Part shown: piece by piece, positions 49,301-61,513 of the stretch
How positions within the stretch are numbered: the stretch's first letter is position 1
How the letters are laid out: the number at the start of each line of letters is the position of its first letter
Assembly (NCBI GenBank): GCA_031291325.1
Contig: JARLJG010000034.1
Span: 3,141 to 67,140 of the forward strand
DNA: 64,000 nucleotides
DNA from: Burkholderiaceae bacterium
GTDB taxonomy: Bacteria; Pseudomonadota; Gammaproteobacteria; Burkholderiales; Burkholderiaceae_D
Direction of reading: 5' to 3'
The notes under the pieces: generated by a model
Seen by the model: only the letters and a program-made list of their open reading frames with translations
Told to the model about the DNA's origin: nothing
Database searches by the model: none
Position numbers and translations under genes: made by a program

Positions 49301-50035
49301 CTAAATGTCAAACCACTTATGAAAAGTATGCACGGATTTTGACGGCGCAAAACCGTACGCAAGGCAGACACGTTGTGAAGCGAGGTTGGAACTTTGAGTT
49401 GAGGTAAAAGCGTGTTTAAGACTGCTATTTACTCCGTCTTGAATCCCGGCCTGAATCAATCGATGAAAAACGCCGCGACCTACAACGCGTTTTGACACGC
49501 CGCCCAGCGCCAATTCCAATCGTTCATTTTCATGTACCCGCGAGGTCACGAAGCCGCATACGCCAGTGCTATCTTCGGCCACAAGCAACTTATCGACGTC
49601 GCCCAGGTTGTTGATGGTGGATTCGCACCAGGAAACATAGGTATCGTCACAAGCCTTCCTGCTCAATCGCGGATCGGAATGATAGTGCCCGAAATAGCCT
49701 GAAAATGCCTCCCGGGCGATTGTCAATACCGCATCCCGATCCATCGGTGCCATTGCACGAACAATGAATTCCTGTCCGGGAATATTTTCAGATTTGAACC
49801 TGCGCAGATTAAGTTCGTAGTAGAGCAAGGTATCGCACAAGACTCCACCGATTGCTTCCATTTTTTGGAACGTATCTACGCGACTAGTATCTATTCGCGC
49901 AATCAATAATTCGACTTTATTTGATTTGCAATAGGCCACGCAGTCGTCCAAATCCGCAATAGATTCGATGTCGGCGGCTTTTGCCGTAATGATGCCAAAA
50001 CGATCATGGTCAAGCTGGGATAATTGTATTTGCAT
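49301..50035 (-). CDS. GNAT-family N-acetyltransferase with a WecD-like two-domain layout
   Basis: 244 aa. The N-terminal ~90 aa resemble the WecD N-domain (LSQLDHDRFGIITAKA...). The C-terminal half has a GNAT core (...LLVAEDSTGVCGFVTSR...VVGRGVFHRLIQ...). GC looks lower than the flanks. Confidence 0.6.
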   Translation of the reverse strand: MQIQLSQLDHDRFGIITAKAADIESIADLDDCVAYCKSNKVELLIARIDTSRVDTFQKMEAIGGVLCDTLLYYELNLRRFKSENIPGQEFIVRAMAPMDRDAVLTIAREAFSGYFGHYHSDPRLSRKACDDTYVSWCESTINNLGDVDKLLVAEDSTGVCGFVTSRVHENERLELALGGVSKRVVGRGVFHRLIQAGIQDGVNSSLKHAFTSTQSSNLASQRVCLAYGFAPSKSVHTFHKWFDI

Positions 50036-50129
50036 AATTGACTTTCATAACGCCAATCCTACCTTGTCTCAAGCTCGCGAAAAACCGGCTCCGTAAAGCG
50101 CGTATTGCAGGACGCCATGCCGATTCCAT

Positions 50130-50351
50130 TTACAAAGTGGCCGAAGTGCGAATGACCGTCACCCGACTGATGACAAACTCGCCGTCCACGACAATTCGGT
50201 GCGGAACGCCAAGGACATTGAATCCCGGCCCGCCGTCTTCGATCCAAACCGTTGCCAGTTTGTCGAACTCCAGCGGATCGCATTTGAGCATTTGAGCGGT
50301 GACGACAAAACGCGCACCAGTCTTCTGCCGTCTCACAAAATCCTCAATCAT
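50130..50351 (-). CDS. Hypothetical 73-aa protein upstream of the GNAT gene (weak call)
   Basis: Only an ORF with plausible composition (MIEDFVRRQKTGARFVVTAQMLKCDPLEFDKLATVWIEDGGPGF...). I recognised no family. Confidence 0.3.
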   Translation of the reverse strand: MIEDFVRRQKTGARFVVTAQMLKCDPLEFDKLATVWIEDGGPGFNVLGVPHRIVVDGEFVISRVTVIRTSATL

Positions 50352-50622
50352 GGCCGTGCAACCCCAAATTCAAATTAACTTTCTCAAATGTCCGTCATGC
50401 GCATTTTGCAGGGCCATGTTCGCGAAACGTAACGCGCCGCATGGCGCTATTGCATGCTGCGATAGCATGGCTCGTTCACATACGGCACATTACGCTTCGC
50501 GAATGTCACCCTACCCGATGCGCTTTACCGAGTTAAGAAAAATAATAACGATATTAAATTGATGCCACCAACCACTGAAAACGTCCGGTCGATCTTTGCT
50601 GTTCGCGTCCGTTTTTTTCGGG

Positions 50623-51009
50623 TCATTGATCCGCAAAATACGCGAGTTGTCGCTGGTGCTTCAATGCCAGTAGCGCGACCTCCGCTTCGGAATGCGCATA
50701 CAAAACAATGTGCTGTCCAACGACGTATTCGCGCAGGAAAGGCAAGCCCGCTCGCTCGGCAAGCCGCAACACGGCTTCGGCACGGATTCGCGCTTGCGCC
50801 GATCTTCCAATCATAAATCGGGCGGGGCGACCACTCCCTGGAGACCAACTTAGGACGGAAATCATTTCGCGCAATTCGGCCTTCAGTTTGCGCAAGCGCG
50901 AATCCGCAGAATCGGCATCCTGCAAAGCAAAAAATGCAGATGCCTCGTCCAAATTCGCCAGGAAATTCGGTGCGGCTTCGACGCCAGCGGTAACAGGCAA
51001 GACCATCAA
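50623..51009 (-). CDS. Type II toxin, ParE/RelE family
   Basis: 128 aa. C-terminal ...REYVVGQHIVLYAHSEAEVALLALKHQRQ is a RelE/ParE-like motif. 4-nt overlap with the upstream Phd/YefM gene. Confidence 0.6.
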   Translation of the reverse strand: MMVLPVTAGVEAAPNFLANLDEASAFFALQDADSADSRLRKLKAELREMISVLSWSPGSGRPARFMIGRSAQARIRAEAVLRLAERAGLPFLREYVVGQHIVLYAHSEAEVALLALKHQRQLAYFADQ

Positions 51010-51287
51010 TCCGACAAAGCCTGCGTCAAGTCGGTAGCCGAAATTCGCTGTCCCGCCAAAATCTGCTGCAGCCCTGTCTCCGCCTCACCCAGCAGCACCA
51101 GACAGGCATGCTCTTCTTCCAAGTCGTGGTAGTAGTCGAGCTTTCTTGCATCGACGATGGCAACGTAACTCGCCCCATTCTTGGTAAGCACTTTTTCAGC
51201 GCCGCCATCCACTACTTCTTCGGCAAGTTCCGTCAGTCGCGCACGCGCTTCGCTGATCGCCACTACATCGCTGGTTCGCAGTCTCAT
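51006..51287 (-). CDS. Type II antitoxin, Phd/YefM family
   Basis: MRLRTSDVVAISEARARLTELAEEVVDGGAEKVLTKNGASYVAIVDARKLDYY is the canonical Phd/YefM N-terminal fold sequence. Confidence 0.8.
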   Translation of the reverse strand: MRLRTSDVVAISEARARLTELAEEVVDGGAEKVLTKNGASYVAIVDARKLDYYHDLEEEHACLVLLGEAETGLQQILAGQRISATDLTQALSD

Positions 51288-51371
51288 TCGTTTCTCATTA
51301 ATGAATACGTTAACGTTTATTGTACATCAACGATAATAGTATGCAACACTTCCGACAAGTCACTCACTTCA

Positions 51372-51800
51372 TTAGTTGCTATGCGGACAATCCTTCTTCG
51401 TGCAATGTCCATACAAGGCCAACGAATGGTCGGCAATCGCGAAACCGCGCTCTTCGGCAATTTTATGCTGACGCCTCTCGATTTCCTCGTCGAAAAATTC
51501 CTCGACCCGACCGCAATCGAGGCAAACCAGGTGATCGTGGTGCGATCCTACGTTGAGTTCGAATACCGCCTTGCCGGTTTCAAAATGGTTGCGGTGCAGC
51601 AATCCGGCTTGCTCGAATTGGGTCAATACGCGATATACTGTTGCCAACCCAACATCCATGTTTTCTGCGAGCAACACTTTATACACGTCTTCCGCACTCA
51701 AATGGCGAACTTCGCTGTTTTGGAAAATTTCGAGTATCTTGAGGCGCGGCAGCGTCGCTTTCAGGCCGCTGGCCTTTAAATCGGATGGGTTGTTCGTCAT
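51372..51800 (-). CDS. fur: Ferric uptake regulator
   Basis: ...[14 protein letters not shown]...RHLSAEDVY...[17 protein letters not shown]...[11 protein letters not shown]... Confidence 0.96.
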   Translation of the reverse strand: MTNNPSDLKASGLKATLPRLKILEIFQNSEVRHLSAEDVYKVLLAENMDVGLATVYRVLTQFEQAGLLHRNHFETGKAVFELNVGSHHDHLVCLDCGRVEEFFDEEIERRQHKIAEERGFAIADHSLALYGHCTKKDCPHSN

Positions 51801-51875
51801 GGTATTAGTGAATTGGTGACATCTGCTTTATCATATAGCGTTTTGGCACCCTTGCTCAATCAATTGAGATCTTCT

Positions 51876-52382
51876 ATGCGCATGCTTTTAACTTCTGTTT
51901 TTCGCGCGCCTGCTTTCGCGGGTGCATGCGGTATCGTACTGACCTTGTGCCTTTCCGGCTGCGCATCCAAAGCCCAACCGACGCCAAGCACTGCCGAGGC
52001 CAATGCCGATGCCGCACAAGGGGTGCAGACGACCAGGGTAAATCGTTTCCTGGGGATCTTATCCCCGTATCGCATCGATATCCAGCAAGGCAATTTCGTT
52101 TCGTCCGAAACCATGAATCAGCTGCGCGAAGGCATGAAACGCTCGGAAGGCATGACGCGCGACCAGGTGCGCTTCCTGCTCGGCACACCGTTGATTACCG
52201 ACATATTCCACGCCGACGAATGGGATTACGTATTCCGTCTGCAGCGCGGCAACGGCGAAATCATCACCAGCCATTTGAAAGTCGTTTTCAAGGGCAACAA
52301 GCTCGAAACGCTGGATGGCACACTCCTGCCGACCGAAAAAGATTACATTTCCTTAATCGCCGGCAAGACGGCGGCTAAATAA
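51876..52382 (+). CDS. bamE: Outer membrane protein assembly factor BamE (OmlA/SmpA)
   Basis: ATG at 51876 gives a lipoprotein signal (...[11 protein letters not shown]). ...[32 protein letters not shown]...W.Y is the BamE fold signature. Divergent from fur, as is usual. Confidence 0.85.
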   Translation: MRMLLTSVFRAPAFAGACGIVLTLCLSGCASKAQPTPSTAEANADAAQGVQTTRVNRFLGILSPYRIDIQQGNFVSSETMNQLREGMKRSEGMTRDQVRFLLGTPLITDIFHADEWDYVFRLQRGNGEIITSHLKVVFKGNKLETLDGTLLPTEKDYISLIAGKTAAK

Positions 52383-52405
52383 GAAGACGCAAAGTTCCAG
52401 ATCGT

Positions 52406-53227
52406 ATGAATCCAATGAAAATCGCCGTTGCCGGCGCATCCGGTCGCATGGGCCGGATGTTGATTGAAGCCATAACCGAGGCCGACGACGCCAGCTTGAG
52501 CGGCGCGCTCGATATCCCGTCCTCGCCCGTCATCGGCGCCGATGCCGGCGCCTACGCCGGGCAAGCGACCGGCGTGTCGATTACCGCCAGCCTGGAACAG
52601 GGCTTGGCCGACGCCGAATACCTGATCGATTTCACCCGCCCCGAGGGCACCCTCGCGCATCTGGCCTATTGCGCCGCGCACGGCATCAAACTGATTATCG
52701 GCACCACCGGCTTCGACGCCGAAGGCAAGGCTGCCATCGCCGCCGCCGCCCAAAAAACAGCCATCCTGTTCGCGCCGAATATGAGCGTGGGTGTCAACGT
52801 GACGATGAAATTGCTGGAAATGGCCGCCAGGAACTTTTCCGAAGGCTACGATATCGAAATCATCGAAGCGCATCATCGGCACAAGGTCGACGCACCATCC
52901 GGCACCGCGCTGAAAATGGGCGAAGTGATCGCCGATGCGCTGGGGCGCAAGCTCGACGATGTTGCGGTATACGCGCGCGAAGGGGTGACCGGCCCGCGCG
53001 ATCCGTCGTCGATCGGCTTTGCGACGATACGCGGCGGCGATATCGTCGGCGACCATACGGTATTGTTTGCCGGCATCGGCGAACGCATCGAAATCAGCCA
53101 CAAGTCGTCCAGCCGCGTCAGCTATGCGCACGGCAGCTTGCGCGCAGCGCGCTTTTTGCGCGACAAAAAGACTGGCTTGTACGATATGCAAGACGTGCTC
53201 GGCCTGCGCCAAGCCGCCGCGGAGTAA
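52406..53227 (+). CDS. dapB: 4-hydroxy-tetrahydrodipicolinate reductase
   Basis: [19 protein letters not shown]...[18 protein letters not shown]... Confidence 0.95.
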   Translation: MNPMKIAVAGASGRMGRMLIEAITEADDASLSGALDIPSSPVIGADAGAYAGQATGVSITASLEQGLADAEYLIDFTRPEGTLAHLAYCAAHGIKLIIGTTGFDAEGKAAIAAAAQKTAILFAPNMSVGVNVTMKLLEMAARNFSEGYDIEIIEAHHRHKVDAPSGTALKMGEVIADALGRKLDDVAVYAREGVTGPRDPSSIGFATIRGGDIVGDHTVLFAGIGERIEISHKSSSRVSYAHGSLRAARFLRDKKTGLYDMQDVLGLRQAAAE

Positions 53228-53264
53228 ACGATAGAACGATAGGAAGGGTTGAATTAGGATAGCC

Positions 53265-53942
53265 ATGAACGAAACCGTCGGGATCGCACATTATTGGTCG
53301 CAAGGCGACGCCATCACCCACGCGGTCGCCTACCTGTTGTTGTTGATGTCGCTTGTCAGTTGGTATTTCATCATTTCCAAGACCTGGAGCGCGCTGCATG
53401 TGCGGCGCGCCGCCGGCGCCTTGGAGGCGTTCTGGAAAGCGCCCACCTTGACCGATGCGATCGCGCTGCTGCAAAAGGTTGATCGCGAAAACGTCTATTC
53501 GCCGCTGGCCATCCACGGCAACGAAGCCGCCAATGCCAAGGCGCAGGCCGGTTCGCTCAACGCTTCGTCGAATGCGAGCGATTTGATTACGCGCACGCTG
53601 CGCCGCGAAATCAATCGCGTTTCTGCGCGCCTGGAAGCCGGCTTGACCATCCTGGCATCGGTCGGCGCGACCGCCCCGTTCGTCGGGCTGCTCGGCACGG
53701 TGTGGGGCATCTATCACGCGTTGGCCGCCGTTTCGATGGCCGGCACGGTGCAAATCGACAAGGTCGCCGGCCCGGTCGGCGAAGCGCTGATCATGACTGC
53801 GCTCGGCTTGACCGTCGCGATTCCAGCGGTGTTGGCCTACAATGCGCTCAACCGCGTCAACCGCGTGACCTTGGCCGAACTCGACGCCTTCGCCCACGAT
53901 CTGCACGCGCATCTGACCACTGGCGCGCGCGTCGCATCCTAG
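53265..53942 (+). CDS. exbB: MotA/TolQ/ExbB proton-channel family protein
   Basis: Three TM segments and ...GATAPFVGLLGTVWGI...GPVGEALIMTALGL... Confidence 0.85.
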   Translation: MNETVGIAHYWSQGDAITHAVAYLLLLMSLVSWYFIISKTWSALHVRRAAGALEAFWKAPTLTDAIALLQKVDRENVYSPLAIHGNEAANAKAQAGSLNASSNASDLITRTLRREINRVSARLEAGLTILASVGATAPFVGLLGTVWGIYHALAAVSMAGTVQIDKVAGPVGEALIMTALGLTVAIPAVLAYNALNRVNRVTLAELDAFAHDLHAHLTTGARVAS

Positions 53943-53960
53943 GCTACGGCGGAGACCAGC

Positions 53961-54428
53961 ATGGCTTTTGGCGGCTTTTCCGACAGCAAACAATCGGGCC
54001 CGATGGCGGAAATCAATGTCACGCCGATGGTCGACGTGATGTTGGTCCTGTTGGTGATCTTCATCATCACCGCGCCCTTGTTCACGCACGCGATCAAACT
54101 CGATTTGCCGTCCGCGCAATCGGCTCCTTCTCCCGAAAAAACGGAGACGGTCGCCATATCGATCAATGCAGATGGGCATGTGTTCTGGGACAAATTCGAG
54201 ATTACACAGAACGAGCTCAACACCAAACTGGCTGAGGCAGCGCAAAAGAAGCCGCAGCCGGAATTGCAATTGCGGGCCGACAAATCGACGCGCTACGAGA
54301 TCATTGCGCAAGTCATGGCCGCCGCGCAGAGCAACGGCATGACCAAGATGGGATTCGTGACCGAACCGAAATCGCCGGCCCCTGCTGCTGCACCAACTGC
54401 TGCCCCTGCCACGGCGCCGGCAAAATAA
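53961..54428 (+). CDS. exbD: ExbD/TolR biopolymer transport protein
   Basis: ...MAEINVTPMVDVMLVLLVIFIITAP..., the ExbD N-terminal TM motif. Confidence 0.88.
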   Translation: MAFGGFSDSKQSGPMAEINVTPMVDVMLVLLVIFIITAPLFTHAIKLDLPSAQSAPSPEKTETVAISINADGHVFWDKFEITQNELNTKLAEAAQKKPQPELQLRADKSTRYEIIAQVMAAAQSNGMTKMGFVTEPKSPAPAAAPTAAPATAPAK

Positions 54429-54430
54429 TC

Positions 54431-54757
54431 ATGGCCACGGTGCGCCTGGACGGCGAGCACATCAAGGACTGGGAATCTTTCCATGCCGAATGCCAATGCG
54501 AATTCGGTTTCCCCGATTTTTACGGCAGCACGATGGATGCCTGGGTCGATTGCCTGAGTTATCTGCGCGACGACGAAGGCATGACGAAATTCCGCCTGAA
54601 ACCCGATGAAATCCTGCACATCGAAGTTGCCCACGCTGGATTACTGAAGAAAGACGCGCCCGAAATCCTTGACGATCTGACATTTTGCGTCGAAGCGATC
54701 AACGAACGCTACGAGGATTATGGCGAAAAACCGGCGTTGAAGCTGGTTTTGCTGTAG
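54431..54757 (+). CDS. Barstar-family ribonuclease inhibitor (no cognate RNase nearby)
   Basis: 108 aa. GFPDFYGSTMDAWVDCLS parallels the barstar motif LPEYYGENLDALWDCLT. The start is 2 nt after the exbD stop. Confidence 0.75.
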   Translation: MATVRLDGEHIKDWESFHAECQCEFGFPDFYGSTMDAWVDCLSYLRDDEGMTKFRLKPDEILHIEVAHAGLLKKDAPEILDDLTFCVEAINERYEDYGEKPALKLVLL

Positions 54758-54779
54758 CGCCCGACCCTCTATCGATCTT

Positions 54780-54931
54780 GTCCACCTGCCGGAGTGCGGC
54801 GCGGCAGGAGAGAAATGCGCAAGCGATTCAAGGATTTGCGCGTGGGATGCGCATTTCGTCGGTCGATTGGCGTAATAAGTGTGGTTACTTGCGGCGCTCT
54901 CTCCTCCCGCGCCGCACTCCGGCAGGTGGAC
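54780..54931. repeat. 34-nt inverted repeat (one mismatch) with a nested 10-nt inverted repeat, upstream of leuS
   Basis: gtccacctgccggagtgcggcgcggcaggagaga (54780-54813) pairs with tctctcctcccgcgccgcactccggcaggtggac (54898-54931). The inner pair is gaaatgcgca (54812-54821) / tgcgcatttc (54848-54857). Confidence 0.75.
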
Positions 54932-55006
54932 AACGCGCCCGCTCCGGCACGAGAATCGCCCGGAGTTGGGCAATCAAGGTCATTAACGCCGCAAACCCCT
55001 TTATAA

Positions 55007-57691
<2,685 letters not shown>

Positions 57692-57714
57692 CCACACCAA
57701 AACTGGGAATACCT

Positions 57715-58239
57715 ATGCTCACTCATCGCCGCGCGCTGCTTGCACTGACTTTGATCCCGCTGGTCGGGCTGGCCGGCTGCGGCTTCCAGTTGCGGGGGGA
57801 TAGGCAATCCAGCATGCCGTTCAAGACGATTTATCTGGGTTTTTCGCCGAGCTCGCCGCTGGGCGTGGAGTTGTCGCGCCATCTGCGCGCAGACGGCAAG
57901 ACCGTGATTGCGACCGATCCCAAATCGGCCGATGCGATTCTCGAAGTAGTGCGCCCGGAGCAAAGAGGACGGGCGGTATTGGCGATGAGCCAGGGACAGG
58001 TTTCCGAGTACACCCTGTCGTACTCGTTTACCTTCCGCGTGCGCGGGCCGCAAGATCAGGAATTGCTGACAGCCACGACCATCGCGCTGCATCGCGACCA
58101 GAGCTACAACCCGGCGCTGGCAGTCGCCAAGGAAGCCGAGGCCGAGGCGCTGTATCGCGACATGCAATCCGACCTGATTCAACAAATCCTGCGTCGCCTC
58201 GCCGCGATCAAGCCGGCCCCGACTACGCCGACTCCTTGA
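57715..58239 (+). CDS. lptE: LPS-assembly lipoprotein LptE
   Basis: Lipobox LVGLAGCGFQLRG. ~170 aa. Conserved position between leuS and holA. Confidence 0.88.
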   Translation: MLTHRRALLALTLIPLVGLAGCGFQLRGDRQSSMPFKTIYLGFSPSSPLGVELSRHLRADGKTVIATDPKSADAILEVVRPEQRGRAVLAMSQGQVSEYTLSYSFTFRVRGPQDQELLTATTIALHRDQSYNPALAVAKEAEAEALYRDMQSDLIQQILRRLAAIKPAPTTPTP

Positions 58240-58248
58240 GGGCAGTCG

Positions 58249-59274
58249 ATGCAATTGCGAGCCGACGCGCTGGATGCGCACTTGAGCAAACCGCTGGCGG
58301 CGCTGTACGTGATCGCCAGCGACGAGCATTTGCTGGCGCTGGAAGCCGCCGACAAAATCCGCAAGGCGGCGCGCGCGCAGGGATTTTCCGAGCGCGAAGT
58401 GTTGACCGTCGACCGCAGCTTCAAGTGGGGCGAATTATTGGCGGCGAACCAGTCGCAATCGCTGTTCGGCGACAAGAAGTTGATCGAATTGCGCATCCCC
58501 ACCGGCAAGCCGGGCAAGGATGGCGGCCAGGCGTTGCAGGCCTACGCTGCTTCGCTCAGCCCGGACAACCTGACCCTAATCAGCTTGCCCAAGCTCGATT
58601 GGGCGACGCAGAAGGCAGCCTGGGTCGCCGCGTTGCAACAGGCGGCGGTGTACATCGAGATCCCATTGGTCGAGCGTGCGCAACTGCCGGGCTGGATCGG
58701 CGCGCGGCTGGCGGCGCAAGGGCATAGCGCCGACAAGCAATGCGTCGAATTCATCGCCGAACGGGTGGAAGGCAATTTGCTCGCCGCGCACCAGGAAATC
58801 CAGAAGCTGGCATTGCTGTATCCGGCAGGAAAACTGAATTACGAGCAAATCCACGACGCGGTGTTGAATGTCGCCCGCTACGATGTGTTCAAGCTCAACG
58901 AAGCGATGCTGGGCGGCGACGCCGCGCGCGTGGCGCGCATGATCGACGGCTTGCAGGGCGAAGGCGAAGCCTTGCCGCTGGTATTGTGGGCAATGGCCGA
59001 AGAAGTGCGCACCTTGTTGAAACTGAAAGCCGGCATGGCGCAAGGACGGCAACTCGGCATGCTGCTCAAGGAATACCGCATCTGGGGCCCGCGCGAACGC
59101 TTGATGGAACCGGCGCTGCGGCGCTTGCGGCTGTCGACGCTGGAATCGGCCTTGCAGCAAGCCGCGCAGATCGACAAGATGATCAAGGGCTTGCGCGCCA
59201 AGGCGTATGCCGGCGACGCCTGGGATGGATTGTTACAACTGGGTTTGCGCGTTGCGCGCGGTTCGCCGGTATAG
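58249..59274 (+). CDS. holA: DNA polymerase III subunit delta
   Basis: 341 aa. ...LYVIASDEHLL...LIELRIPTGKPGKDG.... Synteny is leuS-lptE-holA. Confidence 0.9.
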   Translation: MQLRADALDAHLSKPLAALYVIASDEHLLALEAADKIRKAARAQGFSEREVLTVDRSFKWGELLAANQSQSLFGDKKLIELRIPTGKPGKDGGQALQAYAASLSPDNLTLISLPKLDWATQKAAWVAALQQAAVYIEIPLVERAQLPGWIGARLAAQGHSADKQCVEFIAERVEGNLLAAHQEIQKLALLYPAGKLNYEQIHDAVLNVARYDVFKLNEAMLGGDAARVARMIDGLQGEGEALPLVLWAMAEEVRTLLKLKAGMAQGRQLGMLLKEYRIWGPRERLMEPALRRLRLSTLESALQQAAQIDKMIKGLRAKAYAGDAWDGLLQLGLRVARGSPV

Positions 59275-59299
59275 TATTGAGTTAAATTTATTCAATTTG

Positions 59300-59494
59300 G
59301 TTGTTCCGATTTTTTGTGGGTAAAGAAAAGCATTCGCGCAAAATCGGCAAAAAAACCGTCGTTACCGCGAAGGCGGGGTTCCATAGCGAGGTCGCACGAG
59401 CGAATTCCCTATGGGTTCCCGCCTTCGCGGGAACGACGGAGGGTTGTGTAAGCGCCAGATTAATGTTTTTAACTACAGAATGCTCGAACGGACC
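59300..59494. repeat. MITE-like palindromic element (full-length copy B)
   Basis: About 80% identical by eye to 61256-61468 over ~200 bp. The core is cgtcgttaccgcgaaggcgggg...ccctatgggttcccgccttcgcgggaacgacgg. The outer arms are gttccgattttttgtgggtaaag... / ...tttttaactacagaatgctcgaacgg. Confidence 0.85.
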
Positions 59495-59522
59495 TTCAAA
59501 TTAAATTAGCATCTACTTGCCT

Positions 59523-60788
59523 ATGGACATCAAGCTCTACATGAACGAAGTCGGCCAACGCGCCCGCGCAGCATCGCGCGCGATGGCCAAGGCCGACACT
59601 GCCGCCAAGAACCGCGCGCTCGGCCTGATCGCTGCCGCGATCCGGCGCGACGCCGCGCAATTGCGCGCCGCCAATCAATTGGATCTGGAAGCCGCGCGCG
59701 CTGCCGGCCTGGCGCCCGCCATGCTGGACCGGCTGACGCTGTCCGACAAGGCGATCGCGACGATGGCCGAAGGATTGGAACAAGTGGTGGCGCTGGCCGA
59801 CCCGATCGGCGAAATCTCCAACATGAAGTTCCGCCCGTCCGGCATCCAGGTCGGCCAGATGCGGGTGCCGCTGGGCGTGATCGGCATCATCTACGAAGCG
59901 CGCCCGAACGTCACGGTGGACGCTGCCGGCCTGTGCATCAAGAGCGGCAATGCGACCATCTTGCGCGGCGGCTCGGAAGCGATCCATTGCAACCGCGCGC
60001 TGGCGCAACTGGTCAAGGAAGGCCTGGCCGGCGCCGGCCTGCCGTCCGACGCGGTGCAAGTGGTCGATACCACCGACCGCGCGGCCGTCGGCGAATTGAT
60101 TACCATGCCGCAGTATGTCGACGTCATCGTGCCGCGCGGCGGCAAGGGCTTGATCGAGCGGCTGATGCGCGAATCCAAGGTGCCGATGATTAAGCATCTG
60201 GACGGCATTTGCCACGTCTATATCGACGGCAACGCCGATATAGCCAAAGCCATCGAGATCGCCTTCAATGCCAAATGCCACCGTTACGGCACCTGCAACA
60301 CGATGGAAACCCTGCTGGTCGCGCGCGATATCGCGCCGCAAGTGTTGCCGCAACTGGCCGCCCGCTACGCCGCCAAGGAAGTGGAACTACGCGGCGACGA
60401 CCAAGCGCGCGCCTTGCTGGCCGATTACCCGCATCTGGCGGCGGCCACCGAGGAAGACTGGAGCACCGAATACCTGGCGCCGATCCTGGCGGTCAAAATC
60501 GTGGCCGGCATCGACGAGGCAATCGAGCACATCAACGCCTATTCGTCGCAGCATACCGACAGCATCGTTACCGAGGATTACTCGCACGCGATGCGCTTTT
60601 TGCGCGAAGTCGATTCGGCTTCCGTGATGGTCAACGCGTCGACCCGCTTTGCCGACGGTTTCGAGTATGGTTTGGGAGCGGAAATCGGCATTTCCAACGA
60701 CAAGCTGCACGCGCGCGGGCCGGTCGGGCTGGAGGGACTGACGTCGTTGAAATACGTCGTTTTCGGTCATGGCGAAGTGCGGGTTTGA
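59523..60788 (+). CDS. proA: Glutamate-5-semialdehyde dehydrogenase
   Basis: [22 protein letters not shown]...IYEARPNVT...[18 protein letters not shown].... ATG at 59523 (the track start at 59517 is a TTG). Confidence 0.95.
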   Translation: MDIKLYMNEVGQRARAASRAMAKADTAAKNRALGLIAAAIRRDAAQLRAANQLDLEAARAAGLAPAMLDRLTLSDKAIATMAEGLEQVVALADPIGEISNMKFRPSGIQVGQMRVPLGVIGIIYEARPNVTVDAAGLCIKSGNATILRGGSEAIHCNRALAQLVKEGLAGAGLPSDAVQVVDTTDRAAVGELITMPQYVDVIVPRGGKGLIERLMRESKVPMIKHLDGICHVYIDGNADIAKAIEIAFNAKCHRYGTCNTMETLLVARDIAPQVLPQLAARYAAKEVELRGDDQARALLADYPHLAAATEEDWSTEYLAPILAVKIVAGIDEAIEHINAYSSQHTDSIVTEDYSHAMRFLREVDSASVMVNASTRFADGFEYGLGAEIGISNDKLHARGPVGLEGLTSLKYVVFGHGEVRV

Positions 60789-60830
60789 ATCGCGTTGTAT
60801 TGAATCGAATTTAAGGTCACAGGAATAATC

Positions 60831-61253
60831 ATGCTTTGGGTCAAATCGCTGCACATCGTCTTCGTCGTTTCCTGGTTCGCCGGCATATTTTATCTGCCGC
60901 GCATCCTGGTCAACCTGGCGATGGAAGCCGATGCCACTTCGACGCAAAGGCTGCTGCTGATGGCGCGCAAGCTGTACCGTTTCATGGCTTTTCCGGCGGT
61001 GGCGGCACTGATATTCGGCGCGTGGCTGTGGCTGGGATATGGCTTCGGCCAGGGGCCGGGCAATGCATGGCTGCATGTGAAACTGACGCTGGTGCTGCTG
61101 TTGATCGGCTACCACTTCGCTTGCGGCAGTCTGTTGAAAAAATTTGAAGCCGGCAAGAATACGCGCAGCCATGTGTGGTTCCGCTGGTTCAACGAAGTGC
61201 CGGTAGTGCTGCTGCTGGCGATTGTGATGCTGGTGGTGCTCAAGCCGTTTTAG
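60831..61253 (+). CDS. hemJ: Protoporphyrinogen oxidase HemJ (UPF0093/CopD-like membrane protein)
   Basis: MLWVKSLHIVFVVSWFAGIFYLPRILVNLA... is the characteristic HemJ N-terminus. 140 aa, 4 TM. Confidence 0.85.
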   Translation: MLWVKSLHIVFVVSWFAGIFYLPRILVNLAMEADATSTQRLLLMARKLYRFMAFPAVAALIFGAWLWLGYGFGQGPGNAWLHVKLTLVLLLIGYHFACGSLLKKFEAGKNTRSHVWFRWFNEVPVVLLLAIVMLVVLKPF

Positions 61254-61255
61254 AT

Positions 61256-61468
61256 GGTCGTTCCGACTTTTTTGTGGTGAAAGAAACGTATTCGCGCAAG
61301 CTTGGCAAAAACTTCGTCGTTCCTGCGAAGGCGGGAGGCCGCCCCGCGGGAATCCATAGTGAGGTAGTTCGAGCGAATTCCCTATGGGTTCCCGCCTGCG
61401 CGGGAACGACGGAGGGTTATGCTAGCGCAGGATTAATGTTTTTTACCCACAAAATACTCGGATGAACC
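61256..61468. repeat. MITE-like palindromic element (full-length copy C)
   Basis: Terminal inverted repeats ggtcgttccgacttttttgtggtgaaagaaac / gttttttacccacaaaatactcggatgaacc. The core shares the ggccgccccgcggga insertion with the copy at 45112-45216. Confidence 0.85.
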
Positions 61469-61513
61469 TTTTAGATTTTTCCAGAAAGCTCTTAATTGTG
61501 GAGGTAGTCTGTC

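Noticed and set aside
50038-50351. The possibility that the 73-aa ORF and the GNAT form a TacT/AtaT-type GNAT toxin-antitoxin pair
   Set aside because: The GNAT is 244 aa with a WecD-like extra N-domain rather than ~170 aa. The upstream ORF has no RHH/DUF1778 signature, and the genes are 94 bp apart rather than coupled. The pair is kept only as a low-probability alternative.
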